DNA of 64,000 bases from the human T2T-CHM13v2.0 reference genome, Homo sapiens (GCF_009914755.1 NC_060927.1), one strand, 5' to 3'; positions 1-15,240 are shown, counted from the stretch's first letter. Notes: generated by a model from the sequence alone, not told the origin. Numbers and translations are program-made.

Positions 1-1003
1 TCTCAGATGGGAGGATTCTTGAGGCCAGGAGTTTGAGGCTGTAGTGTGCTATCATCATGCCTGTGAATAGCCACCACACTCCAGCCTGGGCAACACAGTG
101 CGACCTGGTCTCATAAAAAAACAAAACTCACATCATAGAGGAAGAGACTGAAAATTAACCACCACACTTAGAGCCCAAACTTTGCCTCAAACTACTGTTT
201 TTTGTTTTTGAGACAGGGTCTCACTCTGTCACCCAGGTTGGAGTGCAGTGGCGAGATCTTGGCTCACTGCAACCTTGCCTCCGGGGCTCAAGTGATCCTT
301 CTATCTCAGCCTCCCTAGTAGCTGGGATTATGGGAGTGAGTCACCACGACTGGCCTTCGAATTATTATTGGTTCTCTAGTTTCACTTGGTTTACAAAGAG
401 AATAATTTACAAGTGAATTTCTGCATTAATCTCTCCTAAAATCATTTACTACTCCTCTAAAATTGCCTGTAGCCCCCCCACCTCTCTCTCCCCTATGAAA
501 AGTATTAAACTTCAACCATCTGACCCTTTTTTTAGTTTTCTTATTTTGTTGTATCATTCCCATGCTTATGCACATTAATTTTCTCTTGTTAACCTGTCTT
601 TTATTAACAAGCATGTTGTCATGACTCTTTTGATGGGGAGGAAAGTGATCACCCCCTTTCCACCCCTTCATACTACACTACCTTTCCATTTCCTAACCCG
701 TTTGTAGGAGGTTACTGAAGCTTGCATTAATTTCTTCAATAGATATTTATCCAGACTAGTATAATCCAGGTGCTGGGGAAACAGTGGTGAACAAGACAGG
801 CACACCTCATGAAACTCACAGAACTGAAAGGTGAATGGATTACTATCTTCATCCTTTTTTTGTTTCGTTTTTTTCCTTTCATACCTAGTCCTGCACATGC
901 ATCCTTAACTTCTGCAGTGTGGTATATGGGAACTGGATCCGCTCCTAAATAGGTATGTGACTTCTCTGAGCTTTATCTTCTTCACTTAAAAATTACAAGC
1001 ATC

Positions 1004-1327
<324 letters not shown>

Positions 1328-1725
1328 TCAAATAAAAATCTTCGTGTATATCTCCATTTTTAAAATGATAGAAACGAGAGTCTCAATGATTACCTTGAAA
1401 AGATCACAAGGAAAATGAAACAAACATGAATTAAGTACCTGTAAGATAGTTTGCTGGTTACTTTTACATATATGATAAATGATGGATCAGGGACTTCAAC
1501 CTAGATCACAAAATCACCACCACACTGCCCTGCTTCTGTCATGGGAAACACACTTTGATAATTTCTTCATTCTTTCTCCACTCCCTGGACTTGAAGCCCG
1601 AGAAGTAATCCATCCGCAAATATTGAACACTTTTTATATTCATATATGAAACGCACAGTACACAGTTTTTAAAAACTGGTCTCTGTTGTCAAGGAACTTT
1701 TGAGCCATTCAGAGAGACAACACTT

Positions 1726-1726
<1 letters not shown>

Positions 1727-1752
<26 letters not shown>
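1727..1752. repeat. (CA)n microsatellite
   Basis: Perfect CA run about 1.1 kb upstream of the ATG. Confidence 0.95.
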
Positions 1753-1756
<4 letters not shown>

Positions 1757-2229
1757 GAGGGAAGTATGAAGTGACCAAATAATGGTATACAAAGATGATC
1801 TCATTTGATCCCTATTACCACTCTTTGAGGAGGTACTATTATTATTGCTCTTTTATAGAGAAAAAAAGGTAGCTCTGTAGGCAGTAAGCAAGTCTCAAGG
1901 TTACTCAAGCAGGAAAGGGCAAAACAGATTCAAATCCAAGTTCTGACTCCTAAGACTTTCTCTAACTATATATGGTAAGACAAACCCAGAAACTCCAGTT
2001 CCCTAAGCAAGTAATAGACCCCATTTGGCTAGGAGGGCTGGATAAATACTGAGAAAGGGGGAAGATGAAGCCGAAAAGGTAGGCTAGGGCCTAATGTAAC
2101 TCACGGACTTCAGAATGCAGACTGTAGGAATCCACTAAAGGTTTCTTATTAAGGCAGAAATTACTGCAGTCTTAACTTGACATAGTAGTTTCTCAACTTG
2201 GTAGAAGCAGACTATACAAAAAGTAACTT

Positions 2230-2375
2230 TACAGTTGGCTACGTGACTTAGACAAATTACTCTCTCTGACCTCAACTCTTACAGGTAATTGAGAGGAGAA
2301 TTCTATATTTGGACAATCGCCGTGATTAAACGAGTGTATGAAAGGCGTCTGAAGCTAGGGGGCGCTAGATAAACA
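2230..2375 (+). mobile_element. Degenerate MIR fragment
   Basis: gtgacttagacaaattactctctctg...gattaaacgagtgtatgaaaggcg resembles the MIR core and 3' end. Confidence 0.5.
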
Positions 2376-2619
2376 CTGATTTCCCCTTTAGGGAAAAAGA
2401 ATGCAGGCTTTTTGTTTACATAGAGTTGGCAGGCATGCGTTATCCAGCAAGGCCGGAACGGAAGACACTCTCAGCCTCAGCTGCAACCACATCTGGGTAT
2501 GCAGAAACCTTCTAAGATCCCAGCGTTTCCAGGGAGATGCTCCATTTCCCCTCACTTCTCCGGACCTGTCGCTAGACCATGAAGACCTGACTGCCCTCTA
2601 ATAAAGTGCCTAGCCAGCA

Positions 2620-3360
2620 CTCTTAGACCGCCCAACCTTCCCAGCTCTTCCTTCCGAGGCGGCTACTCGATGACATCACATCCACTTCCGCTTCCGAAGG
2701 CGGCCTCTTTTCATTCCTCGGGACCGCTCTAGGCTGCCACCACGCCGGCTGGCCCCAAAAACTCGATGGTTGTTGGGCGGGGTCGTGACGTCCTTGGCGT
2801 GGCTGCAGGGGAGGCCGCGGCGGGGAAAATGGCGGACGGGAAGGCGGGAGACGAGAAGCCTGAAAAGTCGCAGCGAGCTGGAGCCGCCGGAGGTGAACAC
2901 AACCCCAGCGTCGTGGGCAGCGTGGGATGCTCCGGGCCTTTCTTTGAGCTCCCAGGGTGGGGGGAGTGGGGTGGGGCGAGAATGGGCGGATCTGGACCTC
3001 ACCCGGCCAGGTGTTGGGCCCAGACCTGCCTCGGGCACGCCCGATGCGGCCCTCTGGGCTCCGGGCCTACATCGCCTCCTTGCCTGGGGAGAGCCGGCCA
3101 CTGTTCGTCACCTCCTGGCCCCAGCGGAGGCCCTGATTCCGAGGAGAAGGGAGATGGGCGCCAGAAAGGGAGACCGAACTCGGGGTGGGACCAGGAGCGG
3201 CGGTGCAGGAGCCGCTACCGCCACACCGGAGACGCACATCACACAAAACACACACACCGGAGACGCTCATGAGACATAACATACACACAGTGCGAGCCAC
3301 CGAGTAGTTGCCGCGGGAACTGGCCGCAGGCTGAGTTTCTGACGGTGCCGGCCTCTCAGT
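2620..3360 (+). promoter_or_regulatory. PCNP: CpG-island, TATA-less promoter of PCNP
   Basis: GC/CpG-rich block spanning exon 1. It contains TGACATCA (2671-2678), tandem ETS/GABP sites CACTTCCGCTTCCG (2683-2696), GC box GGGCGGGG (2775-2782), CRE-like GTGACGTC (2785-2792) and YY1-type AAAATGGCGG over the ATG (2826-2835). Boundaries are approximate. Confidence 0.85.
2829..2892 (+). CDS. PCNP: PEST proteolytic signal-containing nuclear protein, coding exon 1 (MADGKAGDEKPEKSQRAGAAG+G)
   Basis: ATG at 2829 in context AAAATGG; donor GAG|GTGAAC at 2893; 64 nt, phase 1. The peptide matches the recalled PCNP N-terminus. Confidence 0.97.
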
Positions 3361-4848
3361 TACACGCAGGAGTTAATTACGCTTGCTGCTCCCTTTTCAC
3401 TGAGGAGGTGGACAACTCCGGCCTGCTCTCTTTCCTTTACTTCCAAGTTTAATATTGACCCTGTGACAGGATGGGCCGAGGTGATGGAGGGGAAGAGGAA
3501 TGCCTTTGCCTGCCCTCTGGTTTAAGCTGCGGGGTCTAGGGCTAAGGTTTGGTTGCTTTTCTTTGAAGTATCTCCCTTAGGCTGTTGCCAGCTGACCGCT
3601 TGCCAGATACTTAGGCGACTAAATAGTCTAGCGTGACTCTTCCTGTATTTTGTTACGACGTTAAACTCAGGTTACAGCTATCCTTATTCTGTCCATTCCA
3701 CTCCCTAAATTCGGGTCTTGTGCGTGAAGGAAAAGAAACGTAATCTCTCCAGCTCCCTCTTTGCACATAACAAGACAAGTGACTTAACACGTGCGAGCTG
3801 TTTAAAATGTTTTTAGAACATTTTAAACATTATTCTCTATTCTGACCACCTTAGTTATCATTCCCGAAATTATTTAATATGAGAAAATAGAAACGATTAA
3901 TAGCATATGAAGGCCACTAGTAGACCTACTAACATAATGTTTCATGTTAATTGCCTTGGGAACAAAAATTATTGAAAAGATTAAGTGTAATGTTAATTAC
4001 TTTGGACCCAGGATTTCCTTTTTAAAAAACACGTACAATTCTGTTAGTTAAGCTGGAACTCCATCTCTCTCTTCCCTCCCCACCCCCTGTCTTTTTTTTT
4101 TTTTATAACTAGTAAAATACCTTATGAAAGAACAATTTAAATTTAAACCATCTACTACTTTCTCACTAGGGAATTTTTTTTCCCAAAAAAATTGTATTGG
4201 AAATTGTGGGATAAAATTACATAAAAGTTTAAAAGTAGTTTGAGGAAAAGCAAAAAATTTTAGACGTAGTTTGAGGAAAAGCCTAAAGAATCATGTGTTG
4301 ATTTTAAGGCCATCTCGTTAACTGTCTTGACCGAGGGTAGCAGACGTGTTTAATGTGCTGTCAAAATGTACCTTGAGTGTCATTATAAATCCACTGTATA
4401 ATTTACCTGCCATTCTTTCAGTTGAGGGTTATTAGTTCTATAGTATGAATATTGATGTTTCCATTTTAGCATGTGGGGAGAAGTAGTAGAGAATTACTTT
4501 GCTAATTGGTATCAGAAAAATTATTATGGTCTTTTTCTTGGTAACTTAGAGTAAGTAAATATCCCTTAACTTCTACATAATTTGTCTCCTTGCCGTTACA
4601 AGAAAGTAGTGCTGTTAAGTTTAAGCCATTTTTGAATGTCAGATATTTTTAATGAAATTGTGCATAGGAATCATAGTTAAAATATGTCATACCATGGATA
4701 TTGCAAAATTGGTAATTTTGTGGCAGATAGTCACTTTTTTGAAAACACTGTCAAGTTTGTCTTAGGGGCTTAACTAGAGAATATTCTGAATTTTAATTCC
4801 TGTCGAGCAGTCTACTAAGTTGGAAGTATAAGTTTTTTTTTTTTATGA

Positions 4849-5737
<889 letters not shown>

Positions 5738-6305
5738 AACATTAATTTCTGTCTATGAGAGAAGCTACTTATTTGAACTACCTGCTTTAAATAATAGGGT
5801 AAAATTGGTAGTTTTTTTTTCTCCTCCCTTTGGTTGAATCTTTGTAGCTGTTTGAAATAATGTTAGGAGAAATAATGTTAAGAAAAATGTTAAAGAAGAG
5901 CTAGTCATACATAATCATGGCCATCTCAAGCTTTTTTGGTTATACCAAGAACTGCGTCAATGAAGTTGACATTTATTATGTCAGACACTAGTAGGGTCTT
6001 GAATACCTTCTCATTTAGGCTGCACACCTCTGCATACTAGAGAGGTAGCTCTGCCCTTCTTTCAAAAAAGGAAGCAACCAGAATGCAAATGGGTTATGAA
6101 GGGTACCCTTACAGACTTAAACTTTCTTATTAGGTAGTTTTTTCTTCCTTTTTTTGAGATGAAGTCACGCTCTGTCGCCCAAGCTGGAATGTAGTGGCAT
6201 GATCTCAGCTCACTGCAACCTCTGCGTCCTGGGTTCAAGCGATTCTCCTGCCTCAGCCTCCTGAGTAGCTGGGATTACAGGCCCTTGTCACCACGCCCAT
6301 CTTAA

Positions 6306-6443
<138 letters not shown>

Positions 6444-8402
6444 TAATTTTTTCAAAGTAAGGTACCTTTGTGCTCTAAGGCTCACCCCTCTCCAACTACT
6501 CAATGAAAAAACAAAAAAATGCTAGTACCATGTGTATTTTGATTTCATGTTAATTACATATTTTATTTGCTCAGAGTACAAATTAGATAAAATTCCTTTT
6601 ATTAAAATATTCCTTAGTAAAGAATCTAGTAATTTGCTATTTTATCCATGTTTTATGTTCTAAATTGATAAGTTATTTTCTCATTTTTAAAAAAACTGAT
6701 CATGTATTTAGTCATTCTTTAGTGTATAGATTGTTTCTACATATAAAGCCAGCAGGTTTTCTGTTTGTTTCTCTGTTCCATTGTGTAGAGCCAAAGAGGT
6801 TTTTATTTTAACTGTGTGTCAGTCACAGGAAAGTAGTTATTGTTTGGGCTCCACTATGAAATGTCATACTTGATTAGAGCTACAAATAGAATACAGAATA
6901 AAATTAGCGTAAGTGCTTTTAGTTATAAACAGACTCTGAAAAAACTGTTTGCATCATACTCTTTCAGAGATATTCTGTGCTTCATAAATTGAGTTCCGTT
7001 TTTCAGTGATTGAATAGCAATCTTGATTCTTTAATTCTTCAGGTGCTTTTGTGATTTTATATATAAGTAAGAGAATGGCACCTCAAGCAGCCATTTCAGT
7101 GCTATCTTTGTCTCTTAGGGAAATCCCAAAACATAATCCTGCTTAATTTCCCTGCCCTATACTGTCATTACAACTTTTACTCCTTGTCCAAAGGGAATAA
7201 AGAGTTTCTTTTATTTTTCATCTAAACAGAATCAAATGTTTTGTTCAAAGTGCTTATTAATCTAGAGACCCCATTATTCCAAAACTGTATAGATCTATAT
7301 CTATAGCCTCTGATCTTTTAATCCTTTACTTGTCAGTCTGTGTTCGACTTTTTTTCTCCCCATTCTAGCTCTGTGTCCTGCTTTCTTAACTGTTAATCAA
7401 GGCCATCTCTTGGAGCATCTTCTTTTTCTCCATAAATAAACTCTTGATCCAGTGTAGCATAATACATTCCATATGGTGAACGGGCAAACTGGGGAAAGAA
7501 AATAAAAGTTTTAATGATCAGCCAGCCTTCTTCTGTCTTACCGCCTGATATGTTCTTAGTCTCATATAACAGACCCAAGAAAGTCAGAATGTGAACTAAT
7601 TTCATCATTGACTTCATACAAACAGAAGCAAAATTAGCAAGACATTTTGCCTTCCAAACCTACATATGTATGCCTTCTACTGTTTGAAATTATGATTAGC
7701 TCATCTTTCATGAAAAAAACTAACATATAAACCAAAGTATGATTTTTTTTTTTAAATAGCTCTTATGGGTAGCTTAAAACAGGTAATAACCAAATTGTCA
7801 GAGTAGAATTAAATTTCTCAAGAGGGAATGACCTTGAAGTTCCTTTTCAACTCCTAAGATTGTGTGAGATGTACGTGAGGAACACATCACTCAAGGAAAT
7901 AACTGGGCTGTATTAACACTGTCATTTGGGTAATAATGGGCCTGTTTATAACTAGGTACTTTGTATGATTATTACATTACTGAAGAATATTAAAATTTAT
8001 TAGCCAAGTGTATTATTTTACCGTGTGACCAATTGCTCACAAACTACTAAGTGTAAAAGATGTTAGATAGATCTGATTTCTAAAAAGCAAAATCCCACAA
8101 ATAACCAGATTATTGTACAAATTGTAGTGTTTAGTTGAAGGGTCTTGACTTTTTGTGAACTCTGTGTTTATAATTTTAAATTGCTCTGTATTTTATGCTA
8201 GTTAATTCATGGGAGCCTCTTCTACTGCCACACAATCTCAGTTCCTGCTGTATACTCTAACAAACAGTGGAAGAGACTGTTGGGTCAGTAGGTGACAACT
8301 GCAGAGGTATCTTCCTTATAACGATGCTTTTTGAGGTTGCTGCTCCCATCAATCTGCTCAGTAAAAATAGCTCATCTTGGTAAGTTGTTTCGACTTCACC
8401 AG

Positions 8403-8617
8403 GACCTGAAGAAGAAGCAGAAAAACCTGTGAAAACTAAGACTGTTTCTTCCAGTAATGGAGGGGAAAGTTCCAGTCGCAGCGCTGAGAAGCGATCAGCT
8501 GAAGAAGAAGCTGCCGACCTCCCAACAAAGCCTACAAAGATCTCCAAGTTTGGATTTGCCATAGGTAGTCAGACGACAAAGAAAGCATCAGCCATATCCA
8601 TCAAACTTGGATCAAGT
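8403..8617 (+). CDS. PCNP: PCNP exon 2 ([13 protein letters not shown]...ISIKLGSS)
   Basis: Acceptor cttcaccAG|GA; donor AGT|GTGAGT at 8618; 215 nt; in frame with exon 1 (279 nt cumulative = 93 codons). Confidence 0.97.
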
Positions 8618-10025
8618 GTGAGTTGTTATTTCATATATGATGTTTGTAATGGGTCTTAAGGATTTGCTTTGGAAACGTGGCGTTTACTAGGTTATGGTAA
8701 ATTAAGGGTGAAAAGGTACATTGTTTGAGAAGTAATCTTTGACGTATGAACTTAGATGATTAGCACCCTGTTTAAGAAGGGTCTGAATGAATTTTATCTC
8801 AATAAAGCTGTTAAGAAACAAAGATTTGGAATATTAGGAACAACTATTATAGGGAATATGATTTATAAAATAATAAACTTAGAATTTTTCTGCGTTGGCT
8901 GGGCACAGTGGCTCACACCTGTAATCTGAAGACTTGGGGAGGCCAAAGTGGGAGGACCAGTTGAGCCCAGGAATTTCAGACCAGTCTGGGCAACATAGCA
9001 AGATCTATCTCTACAAAAAATAAAAATATAATTAAAAAAAAAATCTTTTTTCTAAGTTGAGCAAGTCCTCTGAAAAATATTGTCAGAAAGATTTTCCAAA
9101 GTTTTTTTTTTATCTTTCAGTGCCTGTAGTATTAAAAATAATATTGAGCAATCAGTTATTTGTATCTTAAAAGATGAATATTAGTAAGGTATTGCTTGAT
9201 AAGATCTACCTAATTATCTTACTTTGGAACGACAAATGGGAATTGAATACTGTATATCTTATGTTGGTAGTCTTTTACAGGTCAATATTTGATCCTTTGT
9301 TTTAAGATGTCAGCCTTAGATTAATACTTATTAACCATGGAACCTCTGGAAGTGTTTGAAATATTAATTTGAAGCATATGAAGTTGTAGATACTTGTTTC
9401 TGACCTATAATATGAAAATTTCATAACCTTCAACCAAATAGATTTCTTATTTAAGGAAAAAGGAAGTTACTTAAATAGTGTATTGCTATTGGCTTTGGAA
9501 AATGGTTACATTCTTGTGTGAGGAGAAAAATCCTAAAATTGCCTTTGAGTTGGTTATTTTTATTTGTGCTATGAAAGTTAATGCTCAATTGCCAGATGTG
9601 CATAGCTTTATTCTACATTAGATGTTTATTCAAAGATCTTAAAAATATGGTCTGGAGCAGTCAGTATATTTGGGCTATTCTCATTTTAAAAAGCTGTTAT
9701 TACTTAGAATCCCCACCCTCACTCTGCTCTGTTTGCCCTTTTTCTATTTCTATTTTTTAAAAAATTCAGTCTGAACAAAAAACATTGAGCTTATAACATC
9801 AGTACTTCATTACTCTATTTCTGTATTTCAGCTGGTAGTTTTTGTTTAATATGTAGTTATAAAACTTGTATAGACCTAACTGCATAAATATTTAATGTTT
9901 TTTGATAGGCAGTATGTTAAATATATATTCTCAGGTGTACTTCTACTATAGATGGTCCCCTTGAGAATAGATTTTACTGTGCATGAACATAGTTCCTAAA
10001 TCTAAATCCCTACTCTTTTTTTTAA

Positions 10026-10283
<258 letters not shown>

Positions 10284-11924
10284 TGATCTGTCCACCTCAG
10301 CCTCCCAGAGTGCTGGAATTATGGGCATGAGCCACCGAGCTCGGCCCCTCTTTCTTTTTTTTATTTTTTTGAGACGGAGTTTAACTCCTGTTGCCCAGGC
10401 TGCAGTGCAATGGTGCGATCTTGGCTCACTGCAACCTCTGACTCTGGGGTTCAAGTGATTCTCCTGCCTCAGCCTCCCGAGTAGCTGGGGTTACAGGCAT
10501 GCACCACCACGCCTGGCTAATTTTGTATTTTTAGTAGAGACAGGGCTTCTCCATGTTGGTCAGGCTGGTCTCGAACTCCCGACCTCAGGTGATCTGCCTG
10601 CCTCAGCCTGCCAAAGTGCTGGGATTACAGGTGTGAGCCACCACGCCCGGCCTACTCTTTCTAAATAATTGACATGATTCGTAATTTCTGATAATTTGGG
10701 GTGGGAGGGTTATATTTTGAAAAAACTACTCAGTAAAACTTTTTAGTTTTGGAAAACAAATCTGTTTTTATAAAATAAACTGCAAGACTGGGCGTGGTGG
10801 CTCACACCTGTAATCCCAGCACTTTGGGAGGCCAAGGTGGGTGGATCACAAGGTCAAGAGATCGAGACCATCCTGGCCAACATGGTGAAACTCCATCTCT
10901 ACTAAAAATACAAAAATTAGCTGGGTGTGGTGGCGGGCGCCTGTAGTCCCAGCTACTGGGGAGGCTGAGGCAGGAGAATTGCTTGAACCGGGAGGCAGAG
11001 GTGCAGTGAGCCAAGATTGTGCCACTGCACTCCAGCCTCGCAACAGAGTGAGACTCCGTCTCAAAAATAGATAAACTACAGTGTAAACACAGTCTTATTG
11101 GGAGGGTGAGGTGTAGGATATTAAAAAAAAATTGAAATTGCTGGATTGATTATGTGAAGATAGTTAATCAGCCAACAAATGCTTATTTGTGTCCACAACA
11201 TTAAATACATGACATCTTTAAAAAATTAAGGGTGTTTCTAGAGTTACTATGCATAATCTCTAACTGAACATGTTTTATTCCTTCAAAAGAAAACACTGTA
11301 AAAAATGTGTGTGGTATAAAAGAAGGAATGGTTAATTTTGTTTCAGTAGATCAGAGAAGAGTTTACTGATGAAGTGATCTTTGAGTTGGACTTAAATGTA
11401 GGCAGGAGCAAAAGGGCATTTCATGCAAAGGCAGTTAAGATGTGAAGCCATATAGTACATTGAGAAAATCATTAATATTTGGACAGGGTTTGGTGGGGAA
11501 ATGTAGGGATAAACAGCCCCCAAAATTAAGACCATGAGACCGAATTTAAGGGCTTGTATTCCATAATGAGTCTCAAGACTTAAACAGATTTGCATCTTAG
11601 AAGCATCACTATGGTACCATATAGATGGTTGGTGGGAAGAGGATGCAGAAAGTGGTGAGGCCAGGTGCAGTGGCTCATGCCTATAATTCCAGCACTTTGG
11701 GAGGCTGAGGCAGGATTGCTTGAGCTCAGTAGTTTGAGACCAGCCTGGGCAACATAGTGAGGCCTCTTCTCTACAAAAAGTAAACAAGGCTGGGCGCGGT
11801 GGCTCAGGCCTCTAAGCCCAGCACTTTGGGAGGCCAAGTCAGTGGATCTCTTGAAGCCAGGAGTTCGAGACCAGCCTGGCCAACATAGCAAAACTCCATC
11901 TCTACTGAAAAATACAAAAAATTA

Positions 11925-12065
<141 letters not shown>

Positions 12066-12068
12066 TCA

Positions 12069-12332
<264 letters not shown>

Positions 12333-13080
12333 TCACTGCAACCTCTGCCTTCTGGGTTCAACCAATTCTCCTGCCTCAGCCTCCTGAGTAGCTGAGATTA
12401 CAGGTGTGCATCACCACCATATCCAGCTAATTTTTTTTTTTTTTTTTTTTTTTTTAGTAGAGAGAGGGTTTCACCATGTTGGCCAGGCTGGTCTCGAACT
12501 CCTGACCTCAAGTGATCCACTTGCCTTAGCCTCCCAAAGTGCTGGGATTACAAGCATGAGCCCCTGTGCCCGGCTAGGTGATGTATTTCTGACAGTAGTC
12601 CAGGCAGGTAATGCTAAGGACCTTAAGTTGGTAATGTGATAGCATGATTGAAAAGGCAGAGGGAGAATTAAGTTTACTTAATAGGTGTCTAATCAACAGG
12701 ACCTTACAAGTTGAAGAAAAGATTTTCTGGTTTGAGTACTTATGAACACTGTGAAACTAAAGTACCTAGGGGAGCTCCTAAGTGGAGCTGCCCAGTAGGC
12801 AGATGATAGCCCATTTAGGGGTAGACATAGGATTAGGTAGGTAAAACTAGGAATGAATGAAATCGACCAGAGAAGGAAAAGTCATTGACAACAAAATTCT
12901 GGTTGTCTGCTAATTTAAAAAAAAATTTTTTTAGAGATGGGGGACTTGCTGTGTTGACCAGGCTGGCCTGGAACTCCTGGTCTCAAGCAGCCCTCCTGAC
13001 TCAGCTTCCCAAAGTGTTGAGATTGCACATGTGAGGCACTGTGCCTGCCTGGGTATCTATATCTTCTAAATGGGGAGTAG

Positions 13081-13462
<382 letters not shown>

Positions 13463-14048
13463 TAAATTCTCTGGGCATGGTGGCACACACCTGTAATCCC
13501 AGCTATTCAGGACGCCAAGTCATGAGAATCATTTGAACCCAGGAGGCATAGGCTGCAATGAGCCAAGATTATGCCGCTGCACTCCAGCCTGGGCGACAGA
13601 GCAAGACTCTGTTCTCAAAAAGAAAAACAAAAAACATAGTGAGAAGAGATGGTTTGGATTAATTATGTTTATAGGCCTAGAGGCAGAAAGCCCCTTTTAT
13701 GCTTTCAAGGCACATTGTATTTAATGTTACTGTGGGAAGGTATTACTAATCATTTTCTCTTGCCTGTACCAAGTACCCCTTAGGTAAGTGATATTGTAGA
13801 TCCTAACTAGAAAATCTTTTATAGGAGGGCAACAAATGGATGCCACAAGTTAGTAAAGTAAAACATACCCACTGATAATCCACATTTTTGAAAAGAGAGA
13901 ATGGATTTGTCCAAAGTATTGGGTTCGTTACTATACAAATTTCTGTGGAAATATAGTTAAATCATTCAAGATAAATTATTCATATCATTAAACAAGCTTG
14001 TATAAATGTTATCTACATGATATTCTTTTTAATATGTTTCTTCTTCAG

Positions 14049-14123
14049 AAGCCTAAAGAAACTGTTCCAACTCTTGCTCCAAAAACTCTTTCAGTAGCAG
14101 CAGCTTTTAATGAAGATGAAGAT
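14049..14123 (+). CDS. PCNP: PCNP exon 3 ([25 protein letters not shown])
   Basis: Acceptor tttcttcttcAG|AAG; donor GAT|GTAAGT; 75 nt, phase 0-0. Confidence 0.96.
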
Positions 14124-14505
14124 GTAAGTTGATATCGAGTTTTGTTTTTTTACTTTAACCAGTTATTTAAGGAAGGTATTAGTGGCAAATTATAGGTTAT
14201 AATAGTATTAGTGAATTTTCTTTATAATAGTTTTTGTGTCTGTGTGTGACATCCATAAAAACTGGATACTCTATTTTTGCATTTTATTTGGTTGTAAGAT
14301 TATTTTAGAGTATTGTTGACTTTGGGGACAAGAAGCTTAAGGATGAAATCAGCAAATGTTTATTATGAGTAGTTTGTGCTAGGAAGTATGTAGGATCCAA
14401 AAAAAGAAAAATCTAATACTGTTGCCTTAATAATTTTTATAGTTGGGGTCTTCAGTAATGATACATTATGCATGCATTCAATTTTAAAAAGCCAACTATT
14501 GGCTA

Positions 14506-15013
<508 letters not shown>

Positions 15014-15159
15014 TCAAGCATGATTCTGACTGATGTTTTTGTACTAGACTCTGACATTAAAACCTAACCCCCACTCATGATGTGACGTCATTGTGTAGCA
15101 AATAAGTGTTTCAGGATACATCAGTAGTTGTTCCCAAAAGCATATGTGGGCGTATATTC

Positions 15160-15161
15160 GT

Positions 15162-15204
<43 letters not shown>

Positions 15205-15240
15205 TTTCTTGTTTCAGAGAGAGAGAGAGAGAGAGTGTGT
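15160..15240. repeat. Compound (GT)n(GA)n microsatellite
   Basis: GT run, then two GA runs, at the tail position of an antisense Alu. Confidence 0.93.

Noticed and set aside
3222-3266. Direct repeat CACACCGGAGACGC, twice
   Set aside because: Slippage duplication in CA-rich sequence; no function inferable.
2676-3300. Antisense and alternative-frame ORFs over exon 1
   Set aside because: Expected in a GC-rich island that is poor in stop codons; no recognisable protein features.
4235-4290. 17-bp direct repeat GTAGTTTGAGGAAAAGC (4235, 4266) and a 12-nt match to the start of exon 3
   Set aside because: A two-copy local duplication and a chance match; not an array and not CRISPR-like.
8257-8562. 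101-aa antisense ORF over exon 2
   Set aside because: Mirror-frame shadow of the sense coding frame, with no supporting promoter or splice signals.
8801-8806. Intronic AATAAA after exon 2
   Set aside because: No clear GU-rich downstream element, a strong upstream donor nearby, and the hexamer is frequent in AT-rich introns.
15083-15090. Perfect CRE palindrome TGACGTCA in intron 3
   Set aside because: Isolated 8-mer outside a CpG island; about one chance occurrence is expected in a window this size.
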